Of a stretch of 64,000 bases of DNA, positions 58,260 through 64,000 are shown piece by piece. The position numbers and the translations under genes were made by a program. The notes below the pieces were generated by a model, which was not told where the DNA came from, made no database searches, and saw only the letters and a program-made list of their open reading frames with translations. Position 1 is the first letter of the stretch. The number at the start of each line of letters is the position of its first letter. Location: contig QPMI01000040.1 of the NCBI GenBank assembly GCA_004431415.1, forward strand, positions 186,001 through 250,000, written 5' to 3'. Source of the DNA: Cyanophora paradoxa CCMP329 (taxonomy: Eukaryota > Plantae > Glaucophyta).

Positions 58260-60209
58260 TTAAAGCTCGAAGCTTAAGAGCATGCCTTGGCGCACCAACC
58301 AGCTCTTGAGGATACCCCACGCCGCACTGTACACAGCGGGATCCTGCGTGGAGAGGGCGAGGGAAAGCCCGCGGTTCGCGATCGTTAGTGGGCGAAGACC
58401 CTGCGAAGCGATCGATCAGGCGAATTTGAATGCGAAAAAGCACCACGAAGCCTCACGAACCTGCAGCACCAGGATATCCCCAACTTCTGAGAGGGTGCTC
58501 TCGATCAACAAACGTTCAGACTTGCTGCAGGAAGCCAGCGCGGCCACCTCCCCTGCCGTCAGGGGCCGCTCCAAGTACATGCCTACTCTCATGAGCACGC
58601 CACTAGCTGCCGAGATGCAGTCGGCCAGGGCGGCCGAAGACGCGGCCGGCGCTGCGACTGAGGGATCACAATCAGTACCGGCGGGACACGGCAGAGAGAT
58701 AGAGAGCAGACCATTGAGATCGAAAGAAAGACTCTCCAAGCAGGAGGAGTCGCGCGCTGCGGTCGCAAGGCCCTCCAGGAACGACGCGCCGTCCGTGTCC
58801 CTGGGGTTATGCAAAAGTTCCAGCGTGCGGAGCACGGGGGGCGCGCCCAGATGCGCCACGTCTTGGCTGGAGGCGCGCTCGTCGACCTGACCATATGAGG
58901 CGGGTCAGTCTGGAAGCGACGCGGAGCGCCGGCAGACGCACGTGGAAGCCGGAGAGGGACTCGAGTCTCGAGAAACGGGCAAGCGCTCGCAGATCCTCGC
59001 TGCTGAGAATCCAGCTAGAGCCGGAGACCTCGATGTCCGTCTTCATCGACGAGATCCGCTGCAGGGAGCGCGCTGCTTCGCCGCCAGCGAGGGCGGCCAG
59101 AACCCCGTTGCGATGGGGAGCGGCGGCGGCGCTGCCAGATAGCAAATGGAGCTCCTCCAGCGGGAGCGACGCCAAACGCGCTGCTGCGGCGGCCGACGTG
59201 GGCTCGAACGTGAGCTTCGCCAGGCGAGGAAGGCACTCCGCAAACGCTGCTGCGTGTTCCTCGGAAATCTCGCCCAATGCCTCCTCTGCGCCAAAGGGAA
59301 CGCACATGCAGATATCAGATGTTGTTGCAGATATCAGATGTTATTTAGAGATAGCTAGGAATGGGGGGCCTTACCAAGGATGAGACATTTCAAGTTCGAA
59401 AACGGGGCGAGCGCAGTGCGAAGGGCTGCTGCGGAAGTCGAATCCCGCCTCTCAATTTTGAAGCGAAGACGCAGCCCCAGCTGCAGCTCCTCTAGCGGGC
59501 TGACGCCGCCTGCTCCCGTTGCCGATGTCGCCGGCGGGTGGAGTGCTGCGAGGGCTCCGAGCAGGACGGCGTCGCGTATGCGAGTGTCGGCGACAGCTTC
59601 TGCGGTGCGCCCAGGTGCAGGCTCCAGTATGAAGCAGGCTTTCTTCGGGCCGCCGGTCGCGTGATGCCTCGTGATGGTTGCGAGGAAGTCGAGCCCCGCT
59701 TCCAGCACGCCGAACAAGGTCTTGCGTGCGCGCGCCACGGAGGTACAACTATACCAATCGTTTGACACGTAGCATCCGTAAGATTCGAAGCCCGCGTTGC
59801 ACTTGCCGGCGCGGACGAGAGTCGAGAAGGCCTCCAAGCGGAAAGGGCCAAAGCTTCTGAGCTTCAACTCGCTGAATGGGGCGCGCTCGATGACGCCGCG
59901 CCACAATCGACAGACCCTGCGCCGTGCCAAGGTATCTGTCAGAGTTCCGGCGTGCGCGTGGGGCGCTGCGGCGGCTGCAGGCAAACTGATCGCTCACCCG
60001 CGAAGTGGCCAGGCGTGCTTAACGCTTAGTGAAGCGAAGATCTTCGTCAGCAGGTCCTCGGAAAGGCCGTGGATGCTAGCCGGGGCAAAGTCGGCCGCTG
60101 CACCCACTCCCCCCGCCGCCGACGATCCGCTCCCGCCTGCTGGCTCTGTTGAAAGCTGGCTGGTCTCTTCATCGGACACGGAGCGCGCGCGCTTCGACGG
60201 CCGCTTCAT
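58260..60209 (-). CDS. F-box protein with degenerate LRR-like C-terminus
   Basis: SIHGLSEDLLTKIFASLSVKHAWPLRG|VCRLWRGVIE is an F-box; followed by LEELQLGL, FSNLKCLIL, LPRLAKLTF, LEELHL, LESLS, LRTLEL. Stop TAA at 58260. Confidence 0.85.
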
Positions 60210-60297
60210 CCAGTGCCGCTCTGCCCGCAGACTGTACCCCGGTCCGACCCACCGAAAACAGCTCAAGACAAGCAGCAGGTAGCAAACGAGGCAGAAG
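60210..60297. promoter_or_regulatory. Putative very compact bidirectional promoter (F-box / SMP-30)
   Basis: Divergent ATGs at 60209 (-) and 60298 (+), 88 bp apart. Inferred from geometry only. Confidence 0.45.
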
Positions 60298-61818
60298 ATG
60301 GCGCAGGTAGCGGAGCGGGTGCTCACAGCGAGCACGCCAATCCAGTCTCCCACCTTCCACTCGTCCGGGGTCATGTACTTGGTTTCGTGCGCTCTCCGAC
60401 CGTGCCTCGCGCCCGCTAGCAACTTGCATGAATTAGCTGCACAAAGCTAAGCTATAGACGCCCGTACCGCTCGCGCCTCTGCCGCAAGCTAATTCCCGCG
60501 GCGCTGCTTGTGCCGACCTAGCGCGCCAGGGCATCCGCCTTGCTAGACGCAGCCGAGGTTAGCTCCGTGCGCCCGCGGCGGCCCGCTGACGGGCGGCCCA
60601 GGCCCGAGAGCGCGTGCATCTACACGGTAGTGAGTGAGAACGGCGTCACGAAGCTAGCAAAGCACGGGGATTCGCTCGGCGTGGTCACGAACGCGCTGGC
60701 CTTCGATGCGGACGGGCAGGCGTTCGTCGCCGACAGCGGATACAACGCGCTACGTGCGTGTGCCGCCCGGCCCCGCGCGCTGCCGCCCAGCGCGCTCTGA
60801 CCGCGCCGCCCGCAGTCACGGTGCCTCCCGAGGGCGGAGACTTTGCAGAATTCGTGAAAGAGTACGAGGGGAAGCCCTTCAAGGCACGCCGCCGCCCCCG
60901 CCGCCCCCCGCGCCCGCGCCCGCGCCCGCGCACTCGGCCGCTGATCTCGTGAGGGCCCCGCAGGGCCCGAATTCCATAGCGATCGATTCGAGGGGTAGCA
61001 TATACTTCACGGACAGCGGCCCGCTAGGCGAGACGACGCTGCAGAGGCCGCGGGGCAGCGTCTTCGTAGTGGTGGCCGAGGGGCAGGTGCGCCCCACGGA
61101 ATCCCGCCCGCGCCCCTGCGCCCGCGCGCGGGTCGCCGACGCGCGCCGCGGCAGATCCTGCAGCCCATCTGCTACGAGTCCCTAGCACACCCATCCGGCA
61201 TCGCGCTCTCCCGCAACCAGCAGACGCTGTGCGCCCATTGGCCGCCCGCGCCCGCGTTCCGGGACGGGCCCGCTGACCCTCCCTTCGTTCGCAGATTCGT
61301 GGCCGAGACGCTGCAGAACAGGGTACTGAGGCTCGCGCAGCGGCCGGCCGGCGTCTTCCACGCCTCCGTCTTCCACCAGGTACCCCCCTTCATCTCATTC
61401 CCCCCTTCTTCGAATCCGCACGGCGCAGTTTTCCGGCGGACTGGGCCCCACGGCCGTCGCGGTGGACCCGGTCAGGGGCGACGTCTGCGTCGCCCGCTGC
61501 GACTTCGCGTCCGGTACCCCCCTTCGCTCGCCCTTTCCCGTACCCCCCTCCCCCTGTTCTGAGACCCGTCGCAGAGGAGGGGGCCCGCGGCGTCGTGTCG
61601 GTGCTCTCGGCCGAGGGCGCCCACAAGTACGACATCGCGGTACGCCCCTCAAAAAAGATGCAGAGAAGGGGGGTACAGCATCTAAGAGGGGGGTACGACG
61701 TCGCCTGCAGGTGCCGGGGCCGGAGGTGACGGGCCTGTGCTTCGACCCGGCGAGCCCCGAGACGCTCTACATCACCGAGGCGTCCACCCGCTCCCTCTAC
61801 CGCGCCACACTCCAGTAG
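60298..61818 (+). CDS. SMP-30/gluconolactonase/LRE-like six-bladed beta-propeller
   Basis: NALAFDADGQAFVADS, EYEGKPFK|GPNSIAIDSRGSIYFTDSG, LAHPSGIALSRNQQTL|FVAETLQNRVLR, GPTAVAVD, VPGPEVTGLCFDP..TLYITE. Confidence 0.92.
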
Positions 61819-62182
61819 ACATGGAGGGCCATTGGATGTTTACCCAGCCCGGCTGCAGCGGCCTCGTGCGAGGAAGGCCCGCGCGGGCCGCAGTCCCGGC
61901 TCCGTGCTGCCCCGGCGCTCGAACGAGCGGGCGAGCGAGTTGTTACGCTTAACATGAATGGAGACCTAACTGAGTAAAGCCCTTTCACCTGCACGCCAAG
62001 CGCTCAGAAGCACTACCGGACGCTAGAAGAGGAGAGGGAGGTCGGAGGGGCGGGGGGGGGGGGGGGGGGGGGTGTGCCTCGGGCCACTCCATGCCTCGTG
62101 CCTCAGGCCATGATGCATGGAGCTGAGCGAGGATGGCTCAGGCCACTCTTACAAGAGAGGGGCGGGAGTCCAAGGGGCTCGC

Positions 62183-64000
62183 TCAGGCGACGGTGCAGGC
62201 CTTGGAGCGGCCGCCGCCGCCGCCGCCGCCGCCGCCCGCCGCGGCGGCCACGCGCAGCTCCTCGATCCTCCGCTGCGCCCGCGCGATCCGCTCGCGCCGC
62301 TCCGCCAGCGCCCGCTCGAGGTACGGCACGTCGGTAGTGACGGTGACGGCGACGGCCGGGCCCGCCGCCGCGGCGGCCTCGGCCCTCTTCTGCCCGGCGG
62401 ACGCGGGGCGCAAGCCGAGCGCCGCCGCGTTCGGGAGGGACTCCAGGAGCGCGTCCAGGTTCTGCGTGCGTACCCCCGTTGGCGCTCGAACGAAAGCTAC
62501 GCGAAAGGGAGGGGGTACACGTACCGCGAGGAGGGCGACGTTTCCTTTCGTCATGTACGCGCGTGACTGCGAGTCGGGGTACAGTCCCTCCACCGCCTGC
62601 AGGGGGGCTTCAGGGGGTACGGTAACAACGCCGCCGTGGGGGGCGCAGGGGGGTACCTGGCGGTCGGAGACAACCACCGGCCTCAGCGGCCGCTTGTTCA
62701 GCTCCGCCAGCTGCGGAGGGGGAGGCGTTGATCGACGTGCGCAGCGAAAAAAGGCGGGGGTACGGGAATGCAGACCTGGAGGCGGTCGCGGAGGAGGGGG
62801 TCGGCGATTGCGGCCTTGGAGAGGAGGGGTACGAAGGCCGAGCACTGCGCGGGCGTCGGGCGAAGACGGAACGGGGCGAGGGGGGGTACGGGGGCGAGCG
62901 GGCCTTGACGACGGCCTGGGCGCCATCGTCGCCGCCGCCGCGGACGGCGCCGGCGGAGGGCGGGCGCTGCGTGCCGCCGCCGGAGCAGTCGAGCCAGCAG
63001 CGGGCGCCACGGTGGGCCAGGCCCCGCACGAACTGCTCCGCGAAGGACGCGTCCGCGGCGTGGCACCAGACGAAGAGGAAGGGCGATGGCTCCTCCACGT
63101 CGCAGCGGGCGCCGGGCGTCGCGAGCAGCGCCGCCGCCGCCTGCGCCAGGGCCTCCTGTCCCGCGGGCCCCGCCCCGGCGGCCCCGCCCGTCGCCAGCCG
63201 CTGGGTCAGCGTGAGGGCAAAGGGCGGCAGTCCCGCAGCGAAGAGGGCGTCCCTGCAGCCGGGCGGGCGCGTGAGCGCGTGAGCGGCGGGCGCGCCAAAT
63301 CGGACGGCGCGCAAAGCAGCGCACGTCGAGAGATCCCTGCGCAAGCCGCGAATCAGAGGTGGGTAGAAGATCGATCGAAGAGGTTTAAAAATGGCTTCGC
63401 GCACGCGAACTGCTGCTTCATAAGGGCTCCTTGGAGCTGGTCGTCCAGTGCGCACTTCTCGCGCCAGACAGGGTACACCGCGCGCCCGAGCCGCCGCGCC
63501 GCCGCCAGCTGCGCCCGGCACCGCGCCGACCGCCTCGCGGCGTCGCTGCGGGGCGGGTCTGAGGGGGGGTACGGAACGGAATCTGAGCGGAGTCTCGGCT
63601 CACCTGACCACGAAGATGAGGGCCTGCGCTTTCTTGAGCCCCGCCGACTCCTGCGAACGAAGCGAAAGCCGTCAAGGCGGGGCGGGCGGAGGAAAAAGAG
63701 AAGGGGGGGGAATGCTTCGTTCGCGCACGTCCGCCTCGGAAGGGTCGTCCAGGGCGCACTGCGCAGGGGCGGAGCTTGAACTTAGCTTAAGCTTGAGCAA
63801 TCTTAGCTTCACGAAGTTCAGAGGTTAGCTTAGGGCTCAGCGGGGCCGGCTCTGCTCGGGGCGGGCGGCGCGAAGGGGCGGGGCGGGGCGGGGCGGGGCG
63901 GGGCCCACGGTCAGGTGGGCCGCCTCCAGGCCGGCGTGCAGTCGCCGCGCAAAGGCCGCGTCCTCGGGGGCGTGTCTGCGGCACGCGGTCCCGAATGAGA
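62183..64000 (-). CDS. Tandem TIR (TIR_2-type) domain protein with C-terminal coiled coil and CaaX motif; 5' part beyond the window
   Basis: TIR-a: HAPEDAAFARRLHAGLEAAHLT|CALDD..GLKKAQALIFVV|SDAARRSARCRAQLAAARRLGRAVYPVW. TIR-b: FLFVWCHAADASFAEQFVRGLAHRGARCWLD..AVVK|CSAFVPLLSKAAIADPLLRDRLQ|LAELNKRPLRPVVV. Ends RSKACTVA*. Confidence 0.8.

Noticed and set aside
60210-60422. Hydrophobic N-terminal extension of the F-box ORF (MTPDEWKVGDWIG...)
   Set aside because: It overlaps the antisense of the first SMP-30 exon (MAQVAERVL..GVMYL), which explains the sequence better.
1-64000. Hundreds of long Arg/Gly/Pro/Ala-rich ORFs in the six-frame track (e.g. 62133-63779 +, 35913-37082 +, 54728-55882 -)
   Set aside because: They are antisense or off-frame products of very GC-rich DNA with few stop codons; the conserved motifs lie in spliced exons in other frames.

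Overview
This is eukaryotic nuclear DNA: very GC-rich, with many short introns that are C-rich on the sense strand, so most entries in the ORF track are spurious frames or exon fragments. The intron style and the F-box family seen here resemble the glaucophyte Cyanophora paradoxa, but this is a tentative impression and was not verified. Manual exon joining supports about 15-16 genes: an ABCG half-transporter (-), an N-anchored cytochrome b5 (+), a MORN-repeat protein (-), a hypothetical protein (-), a GAF domain-TKL kinase (-), CHERP (+), an RI-like LRR protein and a long coiled-coil protein (-, possibly one gene), PIG-Y (-), a PAXX-like protein (+), a RING-H2 ligase (-), a GDPD-like/PLAT/double permuted NlpC-P60 protein (+), a large Ig-fold DBD/IPT/ankyrin/RING/STAT-type SH2 protein (+), an F-box protein (-), an SMP-30/gluconolactonase (+) and a tandem-TIR protein with a CaaX tail (-, runs off the window). 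Non-coding features include a 488-bp hAT-type MITE with a perfect 8-bp TSD, a ~2.03-kb tandem duplication (possibly an assembly artefact), frequent GC-AG introns, copies of exon-intron junctions inside introns, a CTAACGG array and a recurrent intergenic 11-mer. The best candidates for new biology are the STAT-like chimeric regulator, the cyanobacterial-type GAF fused to a eukaryotic kinase, and the GDPD-PLAT-NlpC/P60 protein. Gene boundaries come from reading by eye and are approximate. No rRNA, tRNA or CRISPR was found.
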